64,000 nucleotides of DNA from an uncultured Planctomycetota bacterium (GCA_963845755.1 CAWJTV010000001.1:192001-256000), one strand, 5' to 3'. Positions 22,190 through 34,825 are shown, counted from the stretch's first letter. Notes: a model not told the origin generated them from the letters alone. Numbers and translations are program-made.

Positions 22190-23943
22190 CTACGGTTGAA
22201 CGGTCGTCAGGTGGTCGGCGATGGGGCCGAGCACGAGCGCCGGCATGAACGACAAGGCGCCGACGAGAATCACCGTCCCCAGCAGCATGCCGGCGAACGT
22301 CAGGTTGTCCGTCTTCAGCGTGCCGACCGTCTGGGGGACGCGTTTCTTCTGGGAGAGGAAGCCGGCGATCGCCAGGGGGAAGATCAGGGCCGGGAATCGT
22401 CCCAGCAGCAGGACGATGCCCGTGGCGATGTTCCACGGCGGGTTGTTGTCCCCGAGGCCCTCGAACCCCGAGCCGTTATTGGCCGCCGCCGAGGTGAACT
22501 CGTAGAGGATCTCGCTGAAGCCGTGCGGGCCGGGGTTGGCGCAGAATGCCTTCCATGAGGTCGCCGCGAAGATCGCCGTACCCACGCAGATCAAGAGCGG
22601 ATGGAACAGGACGGCCATCATCGCCAACTTGACCTCCTTGGCCTCGACCTTCTTGCCGAGGTATTCGGGCGTCCGCCCGACCATCAGACCGGCGATGAAC
22701 ACGGCGACGATGATGTACGACAGCATGTTGAGGAACCCGGCGCCGATGCCGCTGAAGACGACATTCAGCATCATGTTCGTCATCGGCACCATGCCGGCGA
22801 TCGGGTTGAGGCTGTCGTGCATGCTGTTGACCGAGCCGTTGGAAGTGGCCGTGGTGATCGCTGCCCAGGTCGCCGACGCCACCGGCCCGTTGCGGACCTC
22901 CTTGCCCTCCATGTTCGGCCCCTGGGCCACCGGCAGCCCCTCGATGGCCGCGCTGGGCTGAGCTTCGGCGGTAACGGCCACGATCATGCCGACCAGGAGG
23001 AAGGCCAGCATCACGCCATAGACCACCATGGCGTGGGCGCGGTCTTTGAGCATCCGACCGAACATGACCAGCGAAGACATCGGCAGGACGAGGATGGAGA
23101 ACACCTCGAGCAGGTTGCTCCAGGGTGAGGGGTTCTCGTAGGGGTGGGCCGAGTTCGGATCCGAAGAAGCCGCCGCCGTCGGTGCCGAGCTGCTTGATCG
23201 CCACCAGCGCGGCCACCGGGCCGCGGGCAATCGTCTGGGTGGTCATCTTCGTGGCCTCGCCATCGAGCGTCTTCGCCTGCAACGCTCCCTCGAAGGTCAT
23301 CGGCATCCCGGTGGCGACCAGCAGCAGCGCGACGATCAGGGCCAGGGGCACGAAGACGAGGACCAGGCTCCGCATCAGGTCGAGGTAGAAATCGCCGAGA
23401 TGCTTATCGCTGCGCAGGCCGCGGACGGCGGCCAGCATCACGCACAGCCCGGCCGCGGGCGTGACGAACTGGAGCCAGACGATCCCGCCGAGCTGGCTGA
23501 AATACGACAGGTGCTGCTCGCCGGAGTAGTGCTGGAGGTTGGTGTTGGTCACGAACGAGCAGACGGTGTTGAAGATCACGCCGGTGTCGGCGCCGGGGTG
23601 GTCGACTCCGGCGGCGTCCTTGTATCCCGTGGCCCCCAGTGACCCCTTTCCGTCGGGGTTCAACGGCAGATACTGCTGAACGTAGAGCAGGCCGAAGGCC
23701 AGGACGAAGAGGGCGGCGTTGAACGCCAGCAGGGCCACGGCATACCGCTTCCAATCCATCGAGGCCGGCTCGCGGCGGCCGAGCAGTGCGCCAGAGGGCC
23801 ATCGGCAGCACATCCAGTCCCCGGCCGACGCGGTCGGCCGGTGGATCGAGGACGCGGGCCATCCATAGCCCGATCGGCACCGAGGCCGCAATCGGGAGGG
23901 CGAGCGCCCAGAACGGGTGGATCCACGAGAAGATCAATTCCAC
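22190..23943 (-). CDS. kdpA: K+-transporting ATPase subunit A; frameshifts near 23787 and 23160
   Basis: SFVTNTNLQHYSGE, KQLGTxGGGFF, SNGSVNSMHDS, GRTPEYLGKK and NNGSGFEGL motifs spread across three frames. Confidence 0.92.
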
Positions 23944-23968
23944 GGACAGATCTCCGGTCAGGTGTGGT

Positions 23969-24049
23969 TCAGAAGCGTTCGGGCCGGATCATCACGTACC
24001 CGAGATAGATCAGCGCGAGCACAGTCAGCACGGCGGTCAGGTAGAGCAC
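23969..24049 (-). CDS. kdpF: KdpF small subunit (not in the ORF track)
   Basis: Manual translation from GTG gives MLYLTAVLTVLALIYLGYVMIRPERF*, a single TM helix ending in PERF. A GAGAGGGG RBS lies upstream, and an in-frame ATG at 24067 is an alternative start. Confidence 0.88.
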   Translation of the reverse strand: MLYLTAVLTVLALIYLGYVMIRPERF

Positions 24050-24079
24050 GGCAGCAGCCCCTCTCATGTCATAGCGCGG

Positions 24080-24160
24080 TCAGAGCCGGTCGCAGGCCGC
24101 GACCAGGCCGAAGAACAGGGCGAACAGGATTATCCCGATAGCAAGTGTACCAAGGGCCAT
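24080..24160 (-). CDS. Second 26-aa hydrophobic peptide upstream of kdpF
   Basis: Manual translation gives MALGTLAIGIILFALFFGLVAACDRL*, preceded by a strong GGAGGAGG RBS. Confidence 0.75.
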   Translation of the reverse strand: MALGTLAIGIILFALFFGLVAACDRL

Positions 24161-24243
24161 GGTTGTCCTCCTCCATCGGTAGTCGGCGGCGAGATCGGAC
24201 CGATCCGATCTCGCAAGCGTTGCCATTTCGCGGACGTCCGCGA

Positions 24244-25054
24244 TCATTCCGCAGCCGGGTTGATCGCCGCATTCTGGTAATCGAGGCCGAACCGCTCGCA
24301 GTAGCGCTTCAGGCCGTCCAGGGCCAGGGCATGGTGACGGTCGCGGCTCAAGGCCCTCCGGTAGGATTGGTAGGCGGCATGGTACTCACGCAAGCTCTCC
24401 TGGAGAGCGCCACGCAGTGCGTTCGCCGCGGCGGAGTTCGGATCGAGGTCGAGTGCCTGCTGAAGCAGATACTCGGTCAGGTTGACCTGGCCTCGCTCCC
24501 ACGCCGCGCCGGGCCACCGCGAGCGTTTCGGTAAACCGATGGGCCAGGGCGCCGAGCGAATTGGCCGTGGGCCGGTAAGATTCCGTCTCGACATGGGGGC
24601 GCCTCCGGAGCACGTCCAGGACCGTTTGGCGTAAGACGGTGGGTTGAACCGGCTTGGACAGGAAGTTGACGGCACCCAGCTCCCTGGCGCGGATGGCACT
24701 CGGGACGCTGCCGTGGGCGGTGATGACCACAATGGGAACGTCGATCCTCTCGTCGCGGAGTCGTCGGAGTACTTCCATCCCATCAAGTCCGGGCATCCGG
24801 AGATCGAGGAGTGCGACGGAAACCGCGTCGCTCCGGATGGCGCCGAGGGCTTGCTCACCGTCCTCCGCTTCGCTCACCGCGTATCCGGCGGCCTCGAGGG
24901 CCACGCGGAATCCCAGACGGCTGCTGGCCTCGTCGTCCGCGACCAGGATTGGGGAAGACCCGCCGCAGGGGGTGGTCTGGTTCGCGCCGCCGAACCACTG
25001 GGGTTCGAACCGCTTTTCACTGTTAGTGTTGATATATTTAATTATATTCGCCAT
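24244..25054 (-). CDS. Response regulator (receiver domain plus TPR-like C-terminus); frameshift near 24505
   Basis: ILVADDE, LLDLRMPGLDG, ITAHG and FLSKP receiver motifs. The TPR-like segment ALDLDPNSAAANALRGAL is in the next frame. Confidence 0.8.
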
Positions 25055-25529
25055 CTGAAGCTCGGTCCGTTTGCTGTCAACCCGAAGACATTCCGATCCT
25101 TCCGAGATTTCGTGAGAGCAAGAATCCGAAAGTCGAAGCCATGCGTGTTCTTCCGATACGGATTGGCGAAGGGACGTGATGTCGGTCGTATTGTTGCAAG
25201 ATGGACGCATCCCACCGAATCGGAGGCACGGTGGGCCATGCCCACCTGACGGACGAGGGGGTTGTTAGCATCGGCCGTGCCGGATCCGAGGACCCGAATC
25301 CCAAATCAAGGTACGGTGACGAGTTGTGATCTTAGCATTGTGAGCCGCGAGCGATAGAACCCCGGAGTTCGCCCTGCAAAGAGCACGATTCCGGCCCCCG
25401 AGGATTGCAGAATGCGCGACGCGAAGCCGCGATCCTTCGCGATTCATCCTCCACGTTTCCTGCTTGACATTCCCTCCACTTCCACGAAGTGCGGCACGAG
25501 ATGGCTTACCACACACGCCCTCACCCACC

Positions 25530-25554
25530 CGAACCTTCGAAAAGTTCGACGTAA
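25530..25554 (+). promoter_or_regulatory. ECF sigma-type promoter candidate upstream of the porin
   Basis: CGAACC-N14-CGTAA, with the CGACGTA core shared with the 14224 and 17256 sites. Confidence 0.4.
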
Positions 25555-25656
25555 TCGTCCGATTCGCTCAATTCGCGACAATCGGAGAACCGATCAACGA
25601 CGACACGGGCGATCGTTCTGGAACGCTCGGCTCGACGGGGCAGAAGGAATCGCTCG

Positions 25657-27265
25657 ATGCGTTGGCTGTCCTCGATCGCCCTGACCGGTCTGTTGCTCGC
25701 ACTAGGCCCTGCGCACACCGGCGGCTCGCCCAGCTCGCGCCGACGGAGGATCGTCAGTCTCTGCGAGCCGAGACGGGAGGCGAGGCTGGGAAGCCAGCCA
25801 TCTCGGCGGTTAAGAGTCGCGAGCGAAGCCTGCCTGCGCCCACCGTGGCCCCGCGCCCGAACCCGCCGCCGCGGGGAAGCCGGTTGTCGGGGCTTCGCGA
25901 TTTCTTCGTGAGGAGGTCGCGATGGTTCCAGGGGCAACCGTCATCAACCCGGGCGGGGAGCGCTACGTCGGCCCGCGCGGCAGGGGCCCCAACCTCGATC
26001 ACGCAGTCGGGCACGCCCGTGGCGCGGAAATCTTGGCCGCCCTCCCCACACCCGGCGGGGCGGCGGGGCCGTCGCCGACCGTCCCGCCCGCCCCGACCCC
26101 GCTCCTGCTCAACAAAGCGCTGGGCTTTGGGGACAAGCCGTATCGCGTCTATGGCTGGATCCAGAACAGCTTCACCGGCAACGCCAACGGCATGCCCAGC
26201 AACCGTGAGAACTTCGGCGTCTATCCCAATCACCTGGCCGACCAGTGGATGGGCAACCAGTACTATCTGACGATCGAGAATCCGCTCGATGCGATCGACA
26301 CGGTGAACTTCGGCTTCCGTTTCGACATGCTCTTCGGCAACGACTGGTTGTTCACCAAAGATTATGGGCTGTTCGACCACGCCTGGCACAACAATTCCTT
26401 TCCTGGCCTGGACCTGCCGCAGATCTATGGCGAGGTCCATTTGCCGATCCTGACCCCCCTGGGCCTGGATATCCGGGCCGGGCGATTCTTCTCGCTCACG
26501 GGATTCGAGAGCCCGCAGGCGATCGCGCGTCCGCTCCTGTCGGTGCCGTATCTCATGAACTTCACGCCATTCACCTTCTTCGGCGGATATGCCAACCTCC
26601 ACGTCCACCCACGTCTCAATATCTGGAGCGGCACCATCGACGGGTTCGATCGCTGGCCCAACGAGCCTTACAAATGGGGGTATATCGGCGGGTTGACCTG
26701 GAAGTCGCGCGACGAGAAGCTCAACCTGGTCATCGGCGGAGTGTCCGCCTACGACCAGCTCCCGATCTTCCCGCCGGCCAACGCCGTGGACCTGCCCGTC
26801 GGCGTCCCCGGCCCGGGGTTCCTGCCCGGCCGGCCCAACCCATTCTATAACAAGAGCCGGCGAGCCTACCTCGTTGCTGTCGCGACCTACAAGTGGACCG
26901 CCAAGCTGACGCAGGCCATGGAGACGGGGAACGTCTACGTCCCGCTGACCCTGGGCTACGGACACAACCGGTTTATCCCGGTTTCGGCGTCCTATTACGG
27001 CCTGGCCAACTGGTTTCTTTACGAGATCACGCCGAAGGTGACCGGGGTCTGGAGGAGTGAAATCTTCTGGGATCCCTATGGATTGGCGACCGGGAACGCG
27101 GATGTCTACCACGAGATCACCCTGGGACTCGTCTACAAGCCCAAGGAACACATCTGGATCCGGCCCGAGGTCCGGTACGATTGGTCCCAGTACACTCACC
27201 CTTACAACGATGGGACCCGCAACAGCCAGTTGACGATGGGCTTCGACATCATCTTCCTCTTCTGA
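25657..27265 (+). CDS. Outer membrane beta-barrel porin (BBP2/OmpL-like); N-terminal region frameshifted
   Basis: Signal peptide MRWLSSIALTGLLLALGPA at 25657. Barrel region in ORF 25922..27265 (YGWIQNSF, DLPQIYGE, GRFFSLTGFES, IRPEVRYDW) ends in Phe. Confidence 0.75.
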
Positions 27266-27323
27266 CGAGGTGGAGGAATCGGGAATCCCTTCTGGGTTGC
27301 GGTCCCGGGTCGCGTCGAGAAAC

Positions 27324-28822
27324 TCAAGGGCCCGGGGGCGGACTGGCTCGCCGTGCGACTTTCTCGTCAACGGTCGTCGGCGCAACCTCCACGGGAGCGT
27401 CGTCGGTGAGGAGCGATAGTTCGCTGACGATCACGCGTTCCGAGCCATCGATCGGCCGCCAGGGCTCCGAGCCGGTCGCTTCGGCCTCGGAGGGCGGGAT
27501 GCGTTGACTGACGACCTCGATCCACTGGCCGTCGCTGACGCCCGTCTGGATTTCCGTCCGCACGGCATGGCCCTGCTCGTACATCCAACAGAACGTCTGG
27601 TCGCCGCTATACGTTAGTGCGTTCAACGGCAGAGTTCGCACTCCGGGCCGATCGATGAACACCTTGACGTAGGCGTACATCCTGGGCAAGAGCTGACTCT
27701 TGGGGTTGACCAGGTTGACCTCGGCGCGGAGGGTCCGGCTCTTGGCGTTTAGGGCCCAGGCCGTCCGGGTGACGGTGGCCGGGATCGGTTCGTCGCGGTA
27801 CGCCTTGGCCAGGACGGTGGCCTTGGTCCCGATGCGGACGAAGTTGGCGTCCGCCTCGGGAATATCGACGAAGACGCGGACGATATCGGTGCGGTTGACC
27901 ACGTAGATCGGCGCGGCGGCGGCGCCGGGCGAGAGGTCGCGCGCCGGGGATCCTGGCGGTGGGCCGTGGGGTCGCCGGCACCGGGCAGGAGGAAGTCGAA
28001 CGTATTGGCGTTGCGGACGGTGATCACGCCGTCGAACGGCGCCGTGAGCGTGAGGTAGCTCACCCAGGCCTGCAGCCGACGCTCCTCGCTCTCGGCCACC
28101 TTCAGGTCCGCCTCGGCGACCTGGACGTCGACCTCGGCCTTGGCCAGCACGGCGCGCCGGGAGCGAAGCTCCGCCCCCGCCCGCTTGACCATCGCCTTCG
28201 CCTGGTCCCGCGCCGCCGAACTCGACGCGAGCTGGTCCGTCGACTCGCGGAGGACACGGGGGGCGATCACGTCGTTGGAGATCTCACTCTGCATCCGCTT
28301 GACCTCCGTGCTCCAGCGGTTGACTTCGGCCTGGTACTTGTTGAGGATTTCCTCGGCCTCCTTGACGCCCGCCTCGGCCGCCGTGACGTCGGCCCTGGCC
28401 ACACTCACCACCTCCTTGGCCAGGTCGATCCGCTCCCGATCCAGCACGACCCTCGCCTTCCTGGTACCGTGGTCCTCTTCCAGCTCGGGCACGAAGAGCG
28501 TGGCCAGCACATCGCCCTTCTTCACCTTGTCGCCGATGTCCACGAGCCACTTCTTGATGTAGGCGGTCGGCTTGGAATAGATCGAGGTCCGCTCATACGC
28601 TTCGATGAAACTGGGCTGACCGACGACCCGGACGATATCCCGGATCGGCGGTTCGAGAATCCGCACGGTCGGCGGCTTCGCGTCGCCCGTAAAGTCGAGT
28701 CCAGGGTCATGGCGGCAGCCCGGTGTCGCAAGGGCCGCCAGGAGCCACAACGCCAACCAGCGGCAGCCGGCGAAGCGATCCGATATCAGGGGCCGAAGAA
28801 CCAGGCGCATCGGGAACCTCAT
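27324..28822 (-). CDS. RND efflux periplasmic adaptor MFP1 (predicted lipoprotein); frameshift near 27943
   Basis: Lipobox-like ATPGC, VDIGDKVKKGDVLA, a coiled hairpin, LTAPFDGVIT and RTLRAE. Confidence 0.85.
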
Positions 28823-29369
28823 GAGATGGAAGACTTCTTCACCAGCGCCGTCGGTCTCGAGATCGGCGCATCGCCGCAGTCCGGGGATTGGCCTTCTCCA
28901 TCGGACTGCGCCGGAGATGGGGCCGACGGGCGCCCCGCCGAACCGACCTCTCGGCTCGAATTCGCTCGCGAACGACCTCCAACGGGCCGTCGTGCGCATG
29001 AGGACTCGTTCCGGCAAATCGACGACGAACGGACCAGACTCCGGACGACTACGAAGGGGTAGAACGAAATCGCCACGACCGAGGGAGACTCCTCCCGAAT
29101 CGTCGGGGCGACACGATTTCCGAATAAGTCAATTGAGCTGAGACGGTTGGGGGTTTGATACGGGCCGCCTCACCCTCGACGATCGTGGTATCCTCAAACC
29201 ACGCCCATCGATGAGGCTATCACCTGGGTTAGAGCCCGTCAACCTACCCGATTAGCGGCGATCCTGGCCCCGGGCCGCAATCGCCACTACCCGGGCCGAC
29301 CCCGAAGTCCCCACAGGAGCCAGCGACGGCCGGTGGGACGATCCTGAAGCTCCGTCGCCGAATCCCGGA

Positions 29370-32300
29370 TCAAGAGGGCGGTCCCTCAGGGGCCTCGGGA
29401 CTACGGTCGCCAGATGAAGAATACTCGGCTGTGATCGGGATCGGAGGAGACACGTCCACAGCGACCGGGATCAAAGGAGACACGTCGGCCGCGTCCCCCG
29501 ACGCGTCGTTGGCTTCCGGGGCGATGCCGTTCCCAGCGAGGTGCGGTGCGGACGGCAGGGACGGCTGCAAGAACTCCATCGGCTGGTTCGAGGCGATGCC
29601 GTTCCCAGCGAGGTGCGGTGCGGCCAGCAGGAGGGATGGTGCCGCCGCGTGCGCGACCACGTGGCCGGAATGGCCCTCGCGGGCATGGTCGCTGGGGTCG
29701 TAATACGCACTTTCGGGGTCGTTCGGGTAGATCGACGGCGACACCGCCACCTTGTTGCCGATCACCACCGCGAAGATCGACGGCACCACCAGCAAGGTGG
29801 CGAAGGTTGACATCACCAGCCCGCCGATCACCGCCAGGCCCAGCGGTGCTTGCATCTGGCTCCCCCGCTCCAATGCCAACGCCATCGGCACCATGCCCAC
29901 CGTCATCGCGCAGGCCGTCATCAGGATCGGACGCAACCGCTCGCTGGCACCCTTGATGGCCGCCTCCACCGAGGGCACGCCCTTCTTCCAGTGCTCGTCG
30001 ATGAATGACACCAGCATGACCGAGTTCGACACCGAGACGCCCAGGGACATGATCGAGCCCATGAACGACTCGATGTTGAGCGAGGTCTTGGTGAAGTAGA
30101 GGACCGTCGCGATGCCCGCGAGCACGCCCGGCACGGAGCCGATCGCGATCAGCGACAGCCGCGGCGATTGGAAATAGGCGGTCAGGAGCACGAAGATCAC
30201 GAACACGGCGACCGCCAGCCCGATCCCGAGCGACAGGAACATCTCGCGCATCGGCGGGAGCTGGCCCAGGGGCTCCACCCGGACGCCGCGGGGCGGTTCC
30301 CCGGCGGCGGCGATCGCCCCTGCGACCTGTCGGGAGGCCCGCCCCATGTCTTCACCCTCCACGTTCGCGGTCAGGGTCAGGTAGCGCTGCGACATGTCGC
30401 GATCGAGCTCGCCGGGCCGCACGCCCTTGCGAACGGTCGCCACGTCGCGGATCATCAGGTTGACCAGGGGATTCACCGACTGGAGCGGCAGGGTCTCGAG
30501 GTCTTCCGGCTTCTCCATCCGCAGGGGCGGGATCTGGATCTGCACCAGGTAGTCGAAGCCGGTCTTCACGTCGATCCAGTAATTGAGGTTGGTGAATCGG
30601 GTCGACGAGGTCGCCATCACCAACGCATGGGCCACATCCGCGACCGTGGCAGAGCTCAAACCCGCCTTCTCGCGGTCGATGTTGACCTCGACGCTGGGGT
30701 AATCGAGCGTCTGCACGAACTGGATGTCCCGAAGGTAAGGGATGGATTTCATCATCCTGGCGATCTTCGACGCGTGCTGCCGGACCATCTTCAGGTCGGT
30801 GCCGACGATGCGGACCGCGATCGGCGTCGGCGAGCCGAAACTCATGACCGAGGTCACGATGTCGCCCGGCTCGAGACCGAATGTCGACATCTTGGCTTGC
30901 CGTAGCGCTTCCGCCTTGGACAATCCACCCTGTTCCATCCGCTCGGCCAGCCAGGGGATCACCCGATCGGGGAGAACCTTGCGGAGCCGCTCACGGAACT
31001 CGTCGATTCGGATCCCGCTGCTTTCCTTCAGCGCGATGCGCAACTGGCCGTCGTCGGGCCCGCGCATGAACAGCACCATGTTGTCGATGCCGAAGTTCGG
31101 GGCGACTTGCCCCACGTAACCCATCGTGATCTGGACGTTCTCCGGCTTGGCCTCGCGCTCGATCTCTTCGAGGCACTTGACCGCCATCCGCCGGACCAGC
31201 TCGAAATTGGCCCCCGGCGGCGGCCGGAACCGCAGGACGAATTGCCCGGAATCGATCTGGGGGAACAGCTCGGTACCGACCTGCATCCCCAGTCCCCCCA
31301 GGATCAGGATACACCCTGCGACATAGGCGGGCACCACCCACCATCGCAAGCGAACGAACCAACCCACCACCTTGCCGTAGGCTTTGAGCGTCCTGCCGAA
31401 CAGTCCGCCCTCCCCCTCGTCCCCGCCATGTCCCCCGTGGGGCCTGAGCAGGGCCACGCACAGGATCGGCACGAAGGTGCTGGAGAGCAGGTACGCCGAG
31501 ATCATGGCGAACCCGACCGCGAGGGTCAGCGGCATGAACAGTGCCCGCAGCGGGTCGCCCATGATGAACGCTGGGACGAAGACCGACAGGATGCACAACA
31601 ATGCCAGCAGGATCGGCACCGCCGTGGCGTAATTCCCGCGCAGCACCGCCGTGGCGATCATGGGCGTGCTCCGCATCTGCACGTGGATGTTCTCGATGGT
31701 CACCGTCGCCATATCGACGAGGATGCCAATCGCCAGCGCCATGCCGCCCAGCGACATGATGTTGATCGTGTTACCCGTCAGCCACAGGCCCACCAACGAT
31801 CCCAGCAGCGCCAGCGGGATGTTGGACACGACGACGATCACGCTCCTCAGGTCGCCGAGGAACAGCAGGATCATCAGACCGGTCAAGCCCGCACCGATCA
31901 ATCCCTCGATCGCCACGCTCTCGACCGCCGCCACCACCGTCGGCGACTCGTCGAACTCGAAGTTGATCGACACGTCCTTGGGGACCGCGTCCCGGAACAT
32001 CTGCATCGACTTGTGCACGTCGGACACGACCGTCAGGGTCGATCCCGTATCCTTCTTGATGATCGGCAGATACACCGACTTCTTGCCGTTGACCAGCGCG
32101 TAACCATACGTAATGTCGGTATCGTCCATGATGGTCGCCACGTCGCGGAGGTAGACGTTCAGCCCTGTCTTGACCGGGATGGCCCCCATGTGCTGGATGT
32201 TGACCACCGTGGCGTTGTTCGCGACCACCGGCATCGAATCCTTGATGTAGATGTTCCCCGCCGGAATGATGGTATTCCCCCGGGCCAGCGCGTCGATCAC

Positions 32301-32910
32301 GTCCTGGGGATTCAGGTGGTAGTCGAGCAGCTTGTTGGGATCGACGCTGACCACGATCGACCGCATGTTCGGCCCGAACGGCGAGATCGCCACCGTGCCG
32401 GGGACGTACTTCTGCACCAGCGGCCGGATGATGTTCTTGCGCCAGGTCGCCCATGGCCCCCAGCGACGTGATCTCGCTCTCGAACACCAGATAGCCGACC
32501 GGGACGCTGCCGGCGTCCATCCGCATGATCATCGGCGGCAACGTCCCCTTGGGCATCCACGACATCGCCCGGTCCGACATCGCCACCACCTGGGCCATCG
32601 CCTGGCCCATGTCGGTGCCCGGGAAGAACGCCAACTCGGTCAGGGCGACCTGCTGGATATTCCGCGTGTTGATATCTTGAATGCCGTCCACGTACTGGAA
32701 ATACAGCTCGAGCTGATTGACGATGAAGCCTTCCATCTGGTCGGGGCTCATGCCGATATAATCGAGGAAGACGTAGATCTTCGGCACGTTCAGCGCGGGG
32801 AAGATGTCCACCCGCATCCGGCTGTAGGACAGCGCGCCACCGCTGATCAGGGCCACGACCAACATCAGGACCGAGATCGGATGTCGCATCGCGAAGCTGG
32901 TCGGATTCAT
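29370..32910 (-). CDS. RND efflux permease RND1 (AcrB/CzcA superfamily); frameshift near 32437
   Basis: MRVDIFP, NIMSLGGMALAIGILVD, TELFPQID, RLRPILMT and PLGLAVIGGL motifs. Confidence 0.9.
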
Positions 32911-33974
32911 GATCTTCTCCCCCAGCCGTCTCAAGAGTTCCACGCACAACGGAAAGCCGAAAGGGTGGCGGACGGGGCCACCCGCTACGACCCGAAGTCG
33001 AGTCCCCCAATGCCGTACGCAAGGAAAAGCCGAGGGCGCGCCGGGCCAAGCCGGCTCCTCCGATCAGGCGACGCATCAGCCCTCTGGTAAGAAGCGGCCC
33101 TGCTCGCCGATTCACCCGTCTCGCTGATTTTTTCTTTGCATGGATCTATCGAGGTAGGACACCCTCTTACGATGCTGAGAGGGCGTCCCTTGGTATCGAA
33201 AAACCACATCTCTTAATGAATTAGAGATCCTTCGCCGACCCGAAAAACCGAGGAATGGATTTGACTGCTGATTAGACGCGATCCGATCGGTCCTTTGCAA
33301 GAGCGTTGTCAGAAAATAAATTCTCTATTCATTAACTACCCACACATCCCCAGATTGTTTGCGAGTTGACCCTGGTAGCCCTTTTTGCGACTTTCGCCGC
33401 TTTCCTTGGGCCCCGCGCCGTCACATTCGGACTTGCACCGAGAGAGAAAAAATGTCTGTTATTTTAACTTCCGATTATATTTATGAGGCCATTGGACCCG
33501 ATCTTTGCTGAACCTCAATACCCTTGAGTCCGTCGCAACTGATTGTTGCAGAAGAGGTTTCGATTTCGTCCCTGTCTCCCCGTGAAAGACAGGACAAGAA
33601 GGAACTCCTTTGGTGTGATTCAGGTAATTTGCATTCTCATTTCATCAGTTCAGGAGTCCCTGATGATCGCTACGTTCGATCAATTGGCCGATACCTTGTA
33701 AGCCCTCTCGACTACCGGCGTCGATCAGTCCGCTCAGGATTCCGGAAAGATCCGGCCCCTGCGGAAGATTATCGGCGCCGGACGTGGGGGCGTCGCCGCC
33801 GAATCGTCCGGGCCTGAGCGACCAGGGCTTCTTCGTTCTGGAGGGGCAGGCTGAGGATCAAGAGCCGTCGATCCACCTGGTCAGCCGTATTCCAGCGTTT
33901 GAGAAGATGCAAGCCGGCAAGCAGAATGCGATGATGTGACTGCTTGCCGGAACTGGAGGGCAGGAGCGATCGAG

Positions 33975-34150
33975 GGATCACACCGTCGCCGAAGGCGACG
34001 GCTTCTCGGGGCACGCTTGACCTGGTGGCCTACGTTGAGCCCCGCAAGCCCGATCCGGGCCTGGAGTCCGCGAGCCAGGATGTTCCTGGCCGCATTCTCG
34101 TCTCGGTGGAGGGAGATGCCGCAATGCGGACAGTCATGGAATCGCCTCGT
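33975..34150 (-). mobile_element. IS200/IS605-family TnpB 3' remnant with right-end hairpin
   Basis: HDCPHCGISLHRDENAARNIL matches the TnpB Zn-ribbon/RuvC-III end. It is followed by AGAAG-CCGTCGCC-TTC-GGCGACGG, a right-end-like hairpin. Confidence 0.75.
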
Positions 34151-34271
34151 CTGCACCCATCGACGAGGCCATCCCCGCTGTGGAAGCCCATCAACCACTC
34201 GAGCGCTAAGGCGACCGGCGGATCAAAGTCCAACAAAGAATCGATCGGTTCCCGACCGAGACGATCCGCCC

Positions 34272-34495
34272 AGTCCCAACGGGACGGGATCGTAAAGCGC
34301 GGGGTCTCAACCCCGGGACCGCTCGCCACGCCCGGCTCGGCTCCCTCCCTTCCGGCGAGCCCCGACGGTGCGGCATCACTCCACGCCGCGCCGGCGGTGA
34401 TGTCGCCCCGTCGGGGCTCGTGGAACGCCAGAGGATGGGGCTGGCGTTCTCGGGGCTCACGCCCCGAGCTGTACGATCTCGCCCCATTCGGGACT
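34272..34495. repeat. Composite REP-like inverted-repeat element
   Basis: Outer imperfect ~47-bp inverted arms at 34272-34318 and 34448-34495, each with an internal hairpin. Inner inverted pair GAGCCCCGACGG..GCATCAC / GTGATGT..CCGTCGGGGCTC. Confidence 0.7.
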
Positions 34496-34602
34496 CAATC
34501 CGGCACCCCCGATTGCCCTTCGACAGGGGCCGACGACATCCAGACCCGGGGTCACTGAATTCCTGCCGACCGCCTAATGCGGCGTTCGGCCGCAACCCAA
34601 TC

Positions 34603-34683
34603 GGGATTCCCGATTCGAGATTCCCGATTCCCGAGGGGAATGATCCGGGAATCCGGAATCTCGAATCCGGAATTCGGAATCCC
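34603..34683. repeat. Heptamer tandem repeats arranged as an inverted pair
   Basis: (GATTCCC)-like x4 faces (GGAATCY)-like x5; the arms match at 27/31 positions. Confidence 0.75.
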
Positions 34684-34825
34684 CAGAGGCGCGCACGGCG
34701 CAGGGATCCTACCGAGGAAGACTCTACGTTTTTTCGGGACTGCGCCGGAACAAATGGCCCCTGCGGGGCAGTTGAATAAAAGTCAACCATCGACAACAAA
34801 TTATCGATGCGCGGCCCATCAGGGC

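Noticed and set aside
33769..33940. Protein-like minus-strand stretch (LLKRWNTADQVDRRLLILSLPLQNEEALVAQAR) beside the TnpB end
   Set aside because: It may be a gene fragment, but I cannot assign a family or a start.
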